Assembly (NCBI GenBank): GCA_013265495.1 | Contig: MU057701.1 | Location: 372,001 to 436,000, forward strand | Direction: 5' to 3' | DNA: 64,000 nt | Origin: Vicugna vicugna | Lineage: Eukaryota | Part shown: positions 29,130-43,830 of the stretch, piece by piece | Numbering within the stretch: the stretch's first letter is position 1 | Layout: every line of letters starts with the position of its first letter | Program-made: the position numbers and the translations under genes | Notes under the pieces: model-generated | The model's input: the letters and a program-made list of their open reading frames with translations, nothing else | The model's database searches: none | What the model was told of the DNA's origin: nothing

Positions 29130-30087
29130 TCTGCTGTGATTATCAAAAACACTAACATCAACATAGAAGCAGGAACCAAATACTATACTGTTTATATCCT
29201 GCCTTCATTTGTCTAAAATTCTGTTAGGACTGTGGACACAATCACACTGAAACAAATACAGTTACACAATAAAAATTTTAAGACCTTAACCAAAATGTCA
29301 AGATATTCCATGACATCAATTATAAGAGTAGAAAACAACAGACAAAGACAGAACTAAAAATCAGCACAACAGGTCAGCTAATTTAAGTAATGACAAAGTC
29401 AACCAAATGTCATCTAGCTAGCCTAAACCTAGGTTCAAGTTTTTCTAATGTTTAAAATATCTTGTCAGAAAATACATTTTGTAGATTTTATATTGTTCTC
29501 TTGTAATATTTGTTTTTCCTATGTCTTTGAAAAACAAATTTCACTATGTGAAATTGTTTTATTTCCAAATTAGTTCAAGATAATGTTTGATTTTGTTCAA
29601 TTATTTTCCATAACATAACAAGTTAGAAGTAAAACCTTGTTTAAAGGAAAATAGTCAAGGATATCAAACTGCATAAAGATCACTAAGAAAAAGGATATAG
29701 TATTATAAAAGGGGGAGGGAGGGTATAACGGTTCCTAATGGGAGGATACCCTTGTCTGTATTAACTCCCGTTACTAAATCTGAATGAAATATAAATTTTA
29801 CTATATTTTCAAACTGATACATTAAAAATATCAGAAATGAGACTGTCTCTTCCAGTTTCCAGTCTCAGAACATCATTCATCTTGGACAACTCCTCTTGCT
29901 GAGATCTGTAGGTGCTATGGGCCTCAATTACTTGGGTTGTTATCTCTGCTTTTCAGTCCCGCGGCTGTACCCTAGTCTTTGTCCTCATTGAAACAAAAAA
30001 ATCCTCCTTTTCTCTTTCTACCTTCTTCATTGTTTTTAAACCAGAAATTATCTTAATAATAGTTAATGATAAAAATAGCAGCTACTA

Positions 30088-30225
30088 AAATGGAAAAGGA
30101 TCTGAAAAAGAACAGATACATATATTATATATATAGATGTATATGTCTATATATAATTGAATCACTCTGCTATACACCTAAACTAACACACTGTAAATCA
30201 ACTATACTTCAATTGAAAAAAAAAA
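30088..30225 (+). mobile_element. L1 3' tip with 17-bp TSD, nested in a MIR
   Basis: aaaaatagcagctacta (30071-30087) versus aaaaattgcagctacta (30221-30237). Confidence 0.85.
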
Positions 30226-30445
30226 TTGCAGCTACTATTTACTAAGTGCCTATTAAGTGCCAGATACTGTGCAAGGCTTACTTCTGTTTCTTACGATAAT
30301 CTTCTACGACAGGTATCACTAGCCCCACTTCACAGATGTTTCCCCATGAAGCTCAGAAATGTTAAGTACTCCACCCAGGGTCATATAGGAAATAAGCAGA
30401 AAATCAAGATTTGAATGCAACTCTATTTACTCTGAAGTCTGTCCA
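30226..30445 (-). mobile_element. MIR SINE
   Basis: tttactaagtgcc...gtgccagatactgtgc...gctcagaaatgttaagta...gatttgaa. Confidence 0.7.
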
Positions 30446-30878
30446 CTTCCCTTTTTCTCGAACTAGAAAAGTACCACAAAGCTGAGGCAAAAGTAGTCAG
30501 AGCACCCTCAACCTCTCAAGCCCACGAGGGTGCCCTGAAATCCTCATGACCACCTTCCTTTGTTCTCATCTGCTTTAATAATATCATTTTCTCTTACATT
30601 TTATTGTGGATATTTAAAAGTTTATATTATTAATTAAGCAGGCTTTTTATTAACTAGTACAGATTTTTGACAACACTTACAAACTTATTTTTATGGGAAA
30701 TGAGTCATGAGTTAAAAGCCACAATCTAAAAACAGCCAAGAACATCCTTTTAGAGTTACATTTGAGAGTAGGGGATAAATTTTGGTCTCTCTTTATGATT
30801 TTAAATCCCCTTACGATTTTAAAAAGGGTGCTATCTAGTAGTCCTCAAGTTCTAGTTGCTAAAAGCAATGCAGTAGTA

Positions 30879-31104
30879 TAGGAATAAACAAATCACTCGC
30901 TGCATACATGACAAACTCAGCCTGCTACTGGTTTTGAAAATAAAGTTTTACTGGAACATAGTCACACCCATGCCTTTACACATGTCTATGGCAGCTTTCT
31001 CACTACAGTGCAGAGCTGAGCATTTGCAACAGAGATCATCTGCCCTGCGACACCTAAAATACTTACTATCTGGCCCTTTACAGAAAAAAATTTGCCAATT
31101 CCTT
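30879..31104 (+). mobile_element. MER58A-like hAT MITE
   Basis: aataaagttttactggaacatagtcacaccca...cctaaaatacttactatctggccctttacagaaaa. Confidence 0.8.
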
Positions 31105-32271
31105 TACTAGTAAATATAAACCAAATAGTTTCATTTCATCAACTATCATATCTGTTTGGCTACAGGAATTAACATATTTTTATTCCAAAGAGCAGTAAGA
31201 AGATGACAAAAACAGAACACAACAGAATAAAAACAGGTAAAAGGGATCAAAGTAAGTAAGAAATATGAGTAAAAAGAAGTATGGGTAATAATACTAGCAC
31301 ACATGCAAGAAGGTTATGCCTAAGTGTTCAATTTTGGCACAAGTGTTGCTTACTGGCAGCCAAAGGAAAGGAGGAGACAAAACCAGTTCCACCTGTTCAC
31401 CATGTCCAAAAAATAAAATCTGAGCACTGCTCATGAAAAAACTTCTAGGTTCTCATAAATGGAACACTGTGGACATAATGAAAATCCTCCCCGGCATGGT
31501 CAGTCACAGCCAAAACAACAGCAAATTTCGTACAACTCCACTATACAAAGCATTTGTTAAATAAATATTTAGGGTTCATGACATAAAATAAAGCACCTGT
31601 AAGTCCAACCAAGAACCAAAAAAACATGTAGACTAACATGCCGTTCCCTTGTCCTGTTGGAGCTTGGCAAAAAAAAATAGGTATAGGCAGTAGTACGACA
31701 ATTTACAAAGTAAGTCATCATCTCCTGCAGGTGCCTGCAGGTTGAAACCAGGGACCTCTTCCCAAGAACATGAAGCAGATCCTAATAAAGGCACCTTGGT
31801 CTTCTTTATACTAGTGAACTCAACTTATGAAAGCTTATAATTTAGGACTTTCCATTCAGAGATAATGTATTAATATCAGCAAAGTTAACTGGAGAGTCAG
31901 TCAAACATGGAAATAGACATTGTAGGTGTATTCACAATTACATTAAAATGGTATTTTACTCAAACTAATATTGAAAGGTTTTACTGTGCTAAAATTACCA
32001 AATGAGATTGGTAGACCAAAACAGACCTGACTATCTACTCGTACAAGTCTGGGGAACCTTCAAAGCAAGCTTTGCCAGGTGACTGTCTACAGTGACCAGG
32101 GCATACTGCAAACCATCCTAATCCCATTACACAGTAAATGAGTCAATTAATTTGGGATCTTTTTCCTTACTATTCCTTCTCTAACCATGGAATATTTAGG
32201 GGCCAATACATATCTTTTAATGTCGCTGTTATAGTGCCTTTTAACACATCGTATCAGGGGAAAAAAGTCTA

Positions 32272-32577
<306 letters not shown>

Positions 32578-33626
32578 CTACAAGGAAGTTAAAATAATTC
32601 ATTGAGTACAAGGGGATGAAAAATCCAGTTGTAATTGGGCTCTTCAATGAAAATATTTTCATAAGGGACTTTTACTTTCCCATGCTTCTAAGTTACTATG
32701 TTAAAAATACAAATTGTACTCACAAGCCACTTAAGAAAAAAAGCAGAACAGTTAAAAAAAATCAGTTGTTAAAATGATGTATTTATGATGTCAATTATAC
32801 CTCAATAAGGCTGAAATTTTCAAAAATGATATATTGATGCTATAGTACTAGCCTCCCTGCTCTTTCTGTGATACATTCATCTTTCACTGTGGCAAAAGCT
32901 ATCAGCTGTATCACCATCACCTCCAACTTTCCAAACTCTTGGCCTCAAAAAGTTTTGTCTAGCCTCAAGTAGGAAGTCTTCATAGGAGGGCAGTTACCTC
33001 GGAAGGCACTGGATTGGGTTCACGGCCGAAGCTAAATGTTCCCAGATTTTTCATGTCAAGCTGCAGATCGTTGATACAGTGGAAGAAATGCCACCAAAAA
33101 GTACACAAAACTTTTCCACTGCACATATTCACAGAATTTTTTTTACTTTGCTTCATTCTTAAACTTTGAATATTACAATTCAAAATAGGACACACTGTAG
33201 AAAATCTTGTATTTAAAACTCATTATTACAAAAGGTGTGATTTCATCAAATCAAAAATAAAAACAAGCTGTCACTGTTTGAATATTTTAGAACTGTCAAA
33301 TTAAATAATTCAAATTTTAAATAGTTCATTATAAGCCATGAACCCCATCCTATGTTTCAAGTTTGTAAGACGTGTCTTTACCAAAAAAATAAGCAAGCAT
33401 CTAAACATCTACAAAGAACTTATCTCAAAAATCTAAAAAGAAAAAAAAATCTGTACCTTTAATGATCAAAATACAGAAATACACTTTATCACAATATAGA
33501 ACCTACATAAAAATGTACTTAGGGTAAAAGATTTTCAATGCTCTTTTAACACAGAGATTTAAAGGTCCAAAAAAGCTTTAAGGAAATGGAAAAAAATTTT
33601 ACTCTCTTTAACTGGTACAAAATTCA

Positions 33627-33743
<117 letters not shown>

Positions 33744-34154
33744 TCAGAGAGCAATGAGTGTTAATGTTCTCATCCCTAAAAACGCAAACGACAACTTTTG
33801 GCATGTTAAATAAATGTCAATGGTAAGGAAGTTGATGGCACTGCTTACAAAGCAAGGTATTTTATACATTAATTTTCAGTTATTTTTAGAAGAACAAAAT
33901 ATAGTAAAAGTCAAATAAGAGACATAAGAAAATTAACAATAAAAAAGGTCAGTTAAAAACTCCCTGAATGAAGATAAATTAATATAATACCTGTAAATCT
34001 CCAAATAAATGTCTTAGTTCTGCTCTTTATTTTAGCAAATGGGTCTACTTTTGCTATTAAAAACACTTTGTCAAGAATCAAGTGTTTCATATAAAGGATA
34101 GGGAAATAAACCAAAATATAGCACAAAATAAAAGTCAAGACTCAAACAAGGTCA

Positions 34155-34445
<291 letters not shown>

Positions 34446-35181
34446 TCATTTAAAAGATAAACTTCCAGCATTTGCCCTCTGACTCTTCAATAACAAAAAC
34501 AAAATTTCATCTCCTGAAAGGCCATATTTATCATGTCTTGCTCCAAGGAGGAAGAGGCTCACAGAACATTTACAACAGTTAATCAAATAGCAACCCCCCA
34601 AATTCGCTGACCTCTTTCTTTGAAATAAGGGGATGCTAAAGCAGAACATATAACCACCCTCCACCCACAAAAACTGGTAGTGAAATGGTAGCTTCCTTCA
34701 TGATATAACAACTCTGTTAAGACAATTCCTCTTAGAGCAGAATTTCTCTAAAGCAACACTGACATCAAGTGGATTAGTTCGTCAAACACAGGTCTGCCCT
34801 ACTTCCCAAAATGATGCGACCTAAAGAAAATTTTCCACATGATGAGAATTTCATTCTGAAAAAAATGTAGTATGCCATTGAATTAATATTTCAAGCCTTC
34901 TACTTTCCACCTTCAAATATAATTAATGCCTTATTCTTTTCTACCTTACTATCATCTATAGCTCATTGAAAATATTGGGCTATATTAATTTGCTTGAAGC
35001 TTTAAATAAATTAAGAATAAAAGTTTTCTATGAGAATCACAATTAATTTAAATTCTTCAGTTGGTAAATTCATAAATGTTCATTTTAAAAGACAAAGAGT
35101 TCATGATTTCTCAATGTTTATGACTCAGAAGATTCAACTGATAATTCAATGGTCAAAAACAGATAAAAATGCAAGACTTTG

Positions 35182-35313
35182 GTGGAGGGTACAGCTAAGT
35201 GGTATACTGCATGCTTAGCATGCATGAGGTCCTGAGTTCAATTCCCAGTGCCTCCATTAAAATAAATAAGTAAATAAATAAACATAATTACCTCCCCCCA
35301 AAACAAAAACAAA
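35182..35313 (+). mobile_element. tRNA-derived SINE (camelid-type) with 9-bp TSD
   Basis: aagactttg at 35173-35181 and 35314-35322; A/B boxes and aattacctccccc tail shared with the other two copies. Confidence 0.88.
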
Positions 35314-36575
35314 AAGACTTTGATTAGTAAATTGTTTAAGCTTCAAATACTCTATAAATAATAGTCCAGCCAATTTTTAAATAATTAAAACATTTAAAAA
35401 TTAATAAAAGATCATCTGAGAGAAAAAATAAAAATTAAACTATAAATAGCAAAATGGATAAAAGGGATGTTATATTAGAATTTTTCAATTTGAAAAATAT
35501 GGATAATAAGAAATATAAAATGAACCACAGCACAATGTAAATTATCAAATGGTTCCTCCTACATGGAAAGATGTGTATTTAAAGCTTTTCTTGATAATAC
35601 ACAAAGCATTTGAACTCAAAGTATGCTATTTATTAAGTTCTCTTATGTTTCATAAGACACATTTAAATCATGCATTTGTTTCTTTTAAGTATGCCTTAAT
35701 GAGTCAAATATTTCTTTGTTCTTCTATTGCTTTATTTTAAATTATTTCCCTAAAAATGGAAGGTCTGATATTCTTACTTGGACTATAAATTTTCTCATAT
35801 TTCCTCTGCATAGAATTGTATTTTATCTCTCCTACAACACGACGTCACCAGGATTTTCAAAATTTACTACTTAGTTTCTTTATTTCTACTATAACATCAA
35901 GTCTGATCTCTTGACTATTCAGTCATCAAAACTACATATCAAACTTCCTTCATTAACAAAAGCAGTTAGAGTAATTAGAACCTATATTCAAAAAACCCAG
36001 TATTTACTAGTTCTTATAAAAAGAACCTGTCTAAATGTGGCTTTAATAATTCTTTCTACCTTAATATATAATTATTAAATTTTGAAAAGTAAGCCCTTCA
36101 AATATAAATTACTCACAAATCCTATATAAGATTACATGAAGATAATAGTTTTTTTCAGAAAAATTATCAAAATAACTTAACATTTCTTTATCTATTTTAT
36201 GCTCTACTTCAGTTTATATAAGGTAATTTCAATTTCAATCACCATAATTTAAGTAAATTTCGTATAAACAAGAGACCAGCAATTAAGTCATAATAATCCA
36301 ACTGGAATTATAAAAATCTTAATCTCCATTTAGATCACTGTTGTTTATAATTAAAAGAAGGTTCATCAATATGTTTTGATTTTTATTATTTAATGATAAT
36401 GACCATTATGGCTTCTGCTTCAAGTTGAAAATAAATCATTTTACTCAATTCACATATTCTTCCTTCACATAGTATATTCTTTAAAATTTGAATTACTACT
36501 TTTCAAAAAGTGAAGGAAAATTAACTATCCTTTGAATAAAGACATGTCATTGGTTTAAAAAAAAAAATCACGTTA

Positions 36576-36710
<135 letters not shown>

Positions 36711-38025
36711 TTAATGTGTAAGAAATACTATAAACCCTCCACACACATCATCTCAGATGATGTAAAAAGGACATGACATGCTTGCCTCTACCAAAAGAGT
36801 AATCCACCAATCAAATGAATTAAATCAATTAACCATATGAAACTTAGAAACCACTAAGGAAGCAGCTACACAGCAGCTAAAACAAGTCAATGACCTTGAC
36901 TTTATTCCAGCAACTGATGGCCATATTTCCAGAGCAGGTTCCTCCCTAATATCTGAAGGGGGGATATTGGCATGCTTGTCATTTTGCAAGTATGAGCTGT
37001 GTCTCTATTAGGAATTACTTCAGGAATGAGAAAATTATTGCATTCTGGAAGGAAATTTTGTAAAACAAATTTCAGTACTACATATGGAGTGAGAAGCTCC
37101 ACTTTACCGTCCAATGTTCCTTAGGGTTTGTCTGACACATGTCACTGTATAAAATAACCCTTTTTTATAACTGAAATGAAGTTCAAAGAGTTGAATTCTG
37201 AGGTAGGAGCTCAAAAATAACATTAGTTTACCTCCAAATACAGTGAGTTTTGATTCATTTGGAAAAAAAAGGTTCCAAATAAGCCAAGAAAAATAAAGCT
37301 TCAGAGAGAAAAGGCTAGAGCCACAGAGGCTGAACAGCAACAAGTTTCCAAGTCATTTCCTATCTCTTCACAAGTCACTGTGCTCTAACCACCTGCCCCC
37401 CACCTAAAAAAGACATTCAGCCAGGTTGAGTTTAAAGCTGTGTATCTGTATTACTGGGAAAATTACTGAACTTTGATAACCATCAGTTTCATCACCAATC
37501 AAAATGATGGAGACGGGCTCTAGGAAGTTACTTATTTGTTTTTGTGAAAGCCACTACACGGTACACATCATGTAGCAAGCGCTCAATGAATGTCGGTCTC
37601 TTCACTTTCCTCTGGCGAGAGAAGAGGAGATCGTGGACTTTAATCATGGCAGAAGCAACTCAGCCTACAGACCAGAACTTTCAAAAAGTAGTAACTGTAC
37701 TATCCTGGGATAGAGAGAGAGACAGAGAGAGAGGGAAAGAAGAAAAGACCTCCCTCTATAGATTACTAAGAATGAGGTTTAAGTTTAGAACTAATAAGTA
37801 CACAGAGGAAAGATGAAATAGGTGACTTCTGGAGTTACCTCCGACCTCCATTACTTCATTATGAAAAAGGGCTGGTGAAAAAATTGCTTCCATCCACACT
37901 ACTTCTTAAAATGAAACTTTTATATCCTGTCCTATACCTCCACTAATATGTACTGTCACTCAGTAAATTTCCTACCAACAATCAATAAAAAAAAGCAATG
38001 TCTAGGATCACAGCGTGGTACTTAC

Positions 38026-38077
38026 CCTCTTCTAAGTCTTCCACGTGATATCCAGAGAGGACGTTACTAGTTGCTGT
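38026..38077 (-). CDS. HELZ: HELZ coding exon 5 (52 nt, aa 144-161)
   Basis: attgcag|TATSNVLSGYHVEDLEE(G)|gtaagt. Confidence 0.95.
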
Positions 38078-38859
38078 CTGCAATTTTTCAAATGAAAGAT
38101 ATTTTATAATAAGAAAGAAATAACTAGTCAATTTTGAATTAAACTTGGACATAGTCAACATTTTTTAAAAGCTTGAGTTTAAATATTTAGAAATTCTTAA
38201 TAAACATTAATATTGCAAGTGGTATTTTTTGCTCTTTGCTCTACATTAAACTATATTTAAATATGGAAAAGAAGTACTTGTGTGGCCTTCATTTAAAAAA
38301 TTGATAGAGATTCCCTACATAAAAATTAGCTGGTAGTAAAAGAAGAGAAGTCTCAGTCCCCAGTCCTGAACCCCACACTATAGCACATTCTATCCATTTA
38401 TGTATTTCACTCTCATCTTCTAACCTCTAGAATATGACCAGCTAGAGCGGTGCCTTTTGTCCTGCATCGAGCGCAGCACCACCACTTCAGGGCCTGGGAG
38501 CACATCCTGCCAAGCTCTCCTCGCTCTGGGATGAGCCATTCTCCCACAGTGGAGCCCGTGGCTGGGGACCTACTCACTTTTGACTGCCCGGTTTTCTTGA
38601 CTACCCTGGTGCAGATAAATCTGCCCTTCTGGCTTTAACTTTACTCTGACCTCCATACCCCCAATTTCAACTGAGTGTCAGCCAGGGTACTTTTACCTAA
38701 CTATCCAATAGCATTTTATAGGCTGGATCATTGTCAGCCATGTACAGATCCACTGTCAACAGCCTGCAAGTGCCTTTCTACATTCCTGCACCTCAGAGGA
38801 TCTGTCACATAATGAATGCCCAGTATATCTGGATGGATGGGTGGATGGATGGATGATCA

Positions 38860-39430
38860 CCCAAGCACTTCATACAGAGTTATGTCTGAAATAAAATTCA
38901 TCAACTTTAACCCCAAATCTCATCTTCCTACAGTATCCCTTATCTCAGGTTAATGGATTCATCTTCCCTAAAGAGAGCCAGGCTGAAATCCTGAGAGCCA
39001 TCTTGAACTCTCCATTTTCTGCCCAGCTCTGAGTATTCTCCAAATCTTGCCCAGCCAGGTCCAGAGTGTCTCTCATGTCTGTCTCACACTCCACCCTCAC
39101 TGCCAGTGTCCTAGGTAAGAACCTCATTGCTACTTGTCTCATCTACCCCTTAACCAACCAACTGCCAAGTCACCTCAGCTTCCATCCTTTAACCTCAGTT
39201 CCCACACTCCAGCCTCCCGGTTTCCCTGCCGGGTGCTAATCTCTCCTCTCCCAGCTTGTATTTCCATTACAGCACTTACTGACCACAGGCTGCCCTCTGG
39301 GTACATTAGCTCTGTGCATCTTGGGCTGGCCCAGCAGATTGTTCTTCATGGATATCTCAGCTTTCCAAAACCCACAGAGCCTTGAACAGTACAAGCACTC
39401 AGCAAATGCTGAACTGAATCAGAATGAGTA
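38860..39430 (+). mobile_element. L2 fragment
   Basis: gccaggctgaaatcctgagagccatcttga...cactcagcaaatgctgaactgaat. Confidence 0.6.
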
Positions 39431-42068
39431 AACAATATCTAAAGATGAAATTTAGAATATCTTGTATCACAGAAAGAATGTCATAAATGCTAGTTGGGTA
39501 TAACTGAAACAATAATATCATCATAATTTACATGTCATTGATTAAATTGGACCCTTTTTAGGTTGGGCTGGAACTAAATAACTAAAGTACTGTTTCAGCA
39601 GGAAAATCCCTTCTGATTCTCAAACTACTTATTAATACGTTTTTAAAGACAACCCATTCTTTCTGTAAAATGAGGACTGAATATCAGAATATAACAGCTA
39701 ACAAATAAATCAGGAATAATTGTTCACACTGCAAGGATTCTATGTTCAACAAAAAGACACACTAAAAGATCCTTTAAAATTCTATAAGCAAGATCTAAGT
39801 GCCACAGTGCCACACCAGCCCTTAAGATATGATTCCAACTAAATAGAATTTATCAGCATAAGAGCTAAAAAATTCACATAAAGTATGAATTTAAACTATC
39901 TCCTCTAAAAAATTTATCAAAATAAATTTACCAAATATGTGAGAAGAAATGGGAATAAAATGTTTCAGTGACAAAATAAAGCCAAAAGCATTTATAATTG
40001 TTAAAAGGGAAACATACATGGTGTATTTCACAAGTCAGCATCTACAACAATCTGCAAGTGGGCAGAGTATGGCTGTGCTGACACCATAGTTCTCAGACTG
40101 GTGGGATCTGGCCAACAGCATATCCTCTTCAGGAGAGCTGGTAGAAATGAGAAGCTCAAACCTGGGCTGAAATATGCTCAGACCCCAAGACAGAAAGGCA
40201 GCAACCATCAGCTTATGATCTTCAGTCTTTACTGAGATCTTCAGGGAAATCAGCCAAATTTCATACTGCTAGAATTCCTATGAATTTACAATCAAATCTA
40301 TTGATTTGATATTTTAAATCTGCTAAAGGATATGTATTGCTTTTGTTTTCATTAGTCAGCCTTTAGTTCTCTGTCTGTATCCTAATTCACCAGCATTTAT
40401 AAGTTAAACACCAGCTCAGCCCAAACTTTAAATAACAAATTGTTGCTATTTTTAAATATGTCAGGTACAATAATAAGGGCACCATTGTTTGTTAGCTTTT
40501 TCTAAATGGATTTTTTTTCATAGTATCAGTTCACTAACCAAAAATAATAGTGCTTTAGTTACATAGAAAAGAAATTATTAACAAAACTTAAGTCACTTAT
40601 TCCAAAACTACAGCCACAAAATAGAAGTCAAGTGATATTTGCAGCCTTATACATAACAGGATTATAAATATTAAAAATAAAATTTTATATATATTTGAGA
40701 TTATAAAATGGAAAGCTGGTAATTCAAGAGAAGAACAAAGCCAAAAACCTTAATAAAATGAAAGGTCATCTTATTGTATGTTCACATTTTAAAAGTCTAA
40801 AACATTTACAATTGTCTTCTTTTACTTTTTAAAAAATTAAAAACACTATATATATACAGTAAGGAAATGGTTTTGAAGTTAGAGCATACTGATTCTCAGT
40901 TACTTCATAACAAGATAACAGAAGACTAAGAAAATAACATTTGTTAAGTCTATTCAATTGTAGCAAAACAAACAGTATCTTTACCCAGCTTATGTAATTT
41001 ATAATGACTATCTTCCTTGCTTACGTATTTGTTGGTATGAACTATGATATATTATTAGATTTGAAGTGGGAAAGTAATCTATATGAGGTCAAGGTTGACC
41101 CTCAGGGTTCGCTTCATCCTCTTGGCCTGACTGGAGTGCCCTCCATCTCTGTCTCCATGAGATCAGCACCTTCTCATCTCTCAACTCTGCTGAAGTGTCC
41201 CGTCCCCTCACCACCATTCCATCACAGTGAGCTTATTCTTTTCCATCATACCTAACTTGCCTCAATGTGAATTACACTTAGAGTTGTTTAATTTATTCTC
41301 TATCTCCTCCCTGAGACTTGAACCTCCCAGAGGACAAGGACCATGGGTGTCTTGTTCAGTGCTGTAGTCCCAGCACCAAGCATAATACCTAGCACACAGT
41401 AGGTGCCAATTTATAAATAAAATAAGCCAATCAATCCCTTTACATGGGCTTCCATTTATGATAAAAGCTGACAAAAATGGCTATTTTTAAAATGAGACCA
41501 TCTAAATAAAAATATTTTTATATGCCTGTATGAGGAACGGAAATGTGAGCCTCACAAAGCCACGGGCCTTTTACACTCCACTGCTGTCCCTGGCCTTCCC
41601 TGCGTCATTCAAGTGCTTCACCAGAGCACATTTTTGTTCACTGTTTCCTCTGATACACATTATTTCCATCACCTAAACTCATTCCCTTAAAAATAGTCCT
41701 TAAATCACAGACTTCTTTTAGTTGCTTAAAAACACAGAAGGCTTTAGGAGTACCTCATTTTTAAAGACAGTATTTTCTAACAGCCAGATGTAGTTAAAAA
41801 CTAAAATTTCCCAATCATCTTTCCATTTACTGGCCAGCAAGCTAAGAAGAACTGGGACAACAAAAGACCTGGGAAGCACAGGCACCTTGAAAGGAATCAG
41901 TGTTCCTAGGATCGGACCAAACTGGGTTATAGGAAGTCAGAAGGTTCCACTACCCCGCCTTTAGAGCCTTGCGGATCAGCCCAATGATTTTCCAAATGTT
42001 AATACAGAACACTTACTAGCCAGAATGAGTTAAACTCTTCCCAAAGAGATCCATTGAAATAATCTTAC

Positions 42069-42125
42069 CTCTGTTTCTGTGAGAAGTGTTTTTAGTCTTG
42101 TCAAATCTTTTGTTACCATCCCATT
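42069..42125 (-). CDS. HELZ: HELZ coding exon 4 (57 nt, aa 125-143)
   Basis: ctttcag|NGMVTKDLTRLKTLLTETE|gtaaga. Confidence 0.95.
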
Positions 42126-43705
42126 CTGAAAGGGCAAATGAAAAAGGGAAAAAACCAAGCAGTATATTAGTTCTTTCCTATGAGGACTTAACTCCTCAGC
42201 TGTTTCTAAGGTATATCCTTAGAAAAACAATGCTGTCCTCATCTCCCACCCTCACTACCTTAGAGGTGATAATAAAGCTAACCGTCTATACAGAAAGTTA
42301 AAGATGAACAGGACAGAATATACAGTGTGCCCTAAAACACTATACTCACCTTGCATAAGAATTTAAAATTAATTCAATAAAGTATTCAATAAAAATATGT
42401 ATAACCAAAGAGCAATATAAGCTAAATAAAGAGAAAAAATAAATCAATTTTTTAAAACTTCTTTTTCCTAAAACCAATAGGCTGTATTTGCAAAATAGTG
42501 AACTCAGTTACCCATGACTCAGATTCACAAAAAATGATCATACTGCTTAAAGACAGCTCATTAATAAAGCTGTTGAAGGAAAATATTTTAAATATGTACT
42601 CTTCTGAAATTCAAGTTTCACTTGAGATTTGAAAGCGAATCACCTCTTCCTAATTTTAAATTTAGAAACCCAACAGGTAAAACTGTGTAATATGCTTAAC
42701 TTATGTAAAGTTCCTTAACGATAGAATTATCTAAATAGTAAAGAAGAGATATATTCTTTACTATCTATTTAGAACTAAATAGCAATATAATTTTGTTTTA
42801 TTAATAATACATTTTAGCTATTATATTCATTTGTTAATTTGGTGAAATAAAAAAAACAGTGTTAAACCAACTAAACAATTCACTGCACAATAGTTCCTTA
42901 GAAAATAACTAAATTTCCCTCTGAGATGGAGCATTATATTATACTCAGCAATATTCCAAGTACTTTCCTAATTTTTTTTTTACTAAATATATATTTATTT
43001 GCAGTGAAAACACAACTTGGCTCCAGATTTCCACAATTTATATTAATTCAGAAAAATAAATAAGGCATAGGGAATTCATGCTGCATAACAAAGTACACAT
43101 CTATTTTCTTGCTTTCACTGTTTTTCATTATAATTCCTGGAAAATATCAGCAAATTTTGTAAGTTACCAACTGGTGAAAAAAAGTTCTCTCTCTTTTCTT
43201 TCAGTTTCTATAGATTGCCAACTCTAAAGTTCAAAAAAAGTAGTCTTTCAATTACCTCAACCAAAACAAAAACTCTAGAAAATTAAATACTACACACAAA
43301 AAGTTATTCCAAAGTCTGAATATAAATTTAAACATTTTATAAAATAAATGGTTAAAGTTAAGAACCCTATAAGATCATATGTCCACAGGAGCATTTTAAA
43401 ACTCAAAAATATTTTCAGGTTCTGTTAAATTATATCTTTAAAGAAAATCATTTAATTTCATTTAGTATTCTATACTTTCAAAGTTCTAAAAAGTATCTCC
43501 AATTCTTATACATATTATCACAAACTACAAGAATCCAATGATTAAATACCAATTTGTTGAAGAGAAATAAGTCTCTCAAGATTTATAAACTTTGATTTCT
43601 GATAAGAGAATGCAGAGGGACACAGAGGAACATAGGTAATACACCTGAGCAGTCAAATGAATGAATCCACTTTTGAACATTCAAATTTAGAGCTCATCAA
43701 CATAC

Positions 43706-43830
43706 CAGGGACTCTCCTGTCAGTGACTTGGCAAGAATGCTGGATACAGGTTGGAGCTTGCCTTTAAGCTGCATGCAGCAAAGCACTGTCTGGAAGGCAC
43801 CATCACCCTTGGCCAGCCCTTCTCCTAGCA
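43706..43830 (-). CDS. HELZ: HELZ coding exon 3 (125 nt, aa 83-124)
   Basis: tggcag|(V)[41 protein letters not shown]|gtatgt. Confidence 0.96.

Noticed and set aside
31724..31742. Two adjacent CCTGCAGG (SbfI) palindromes suggesting a cloning scar
   Set aside because: No vector or linker context; a 10-bp micro-duplication explains it.
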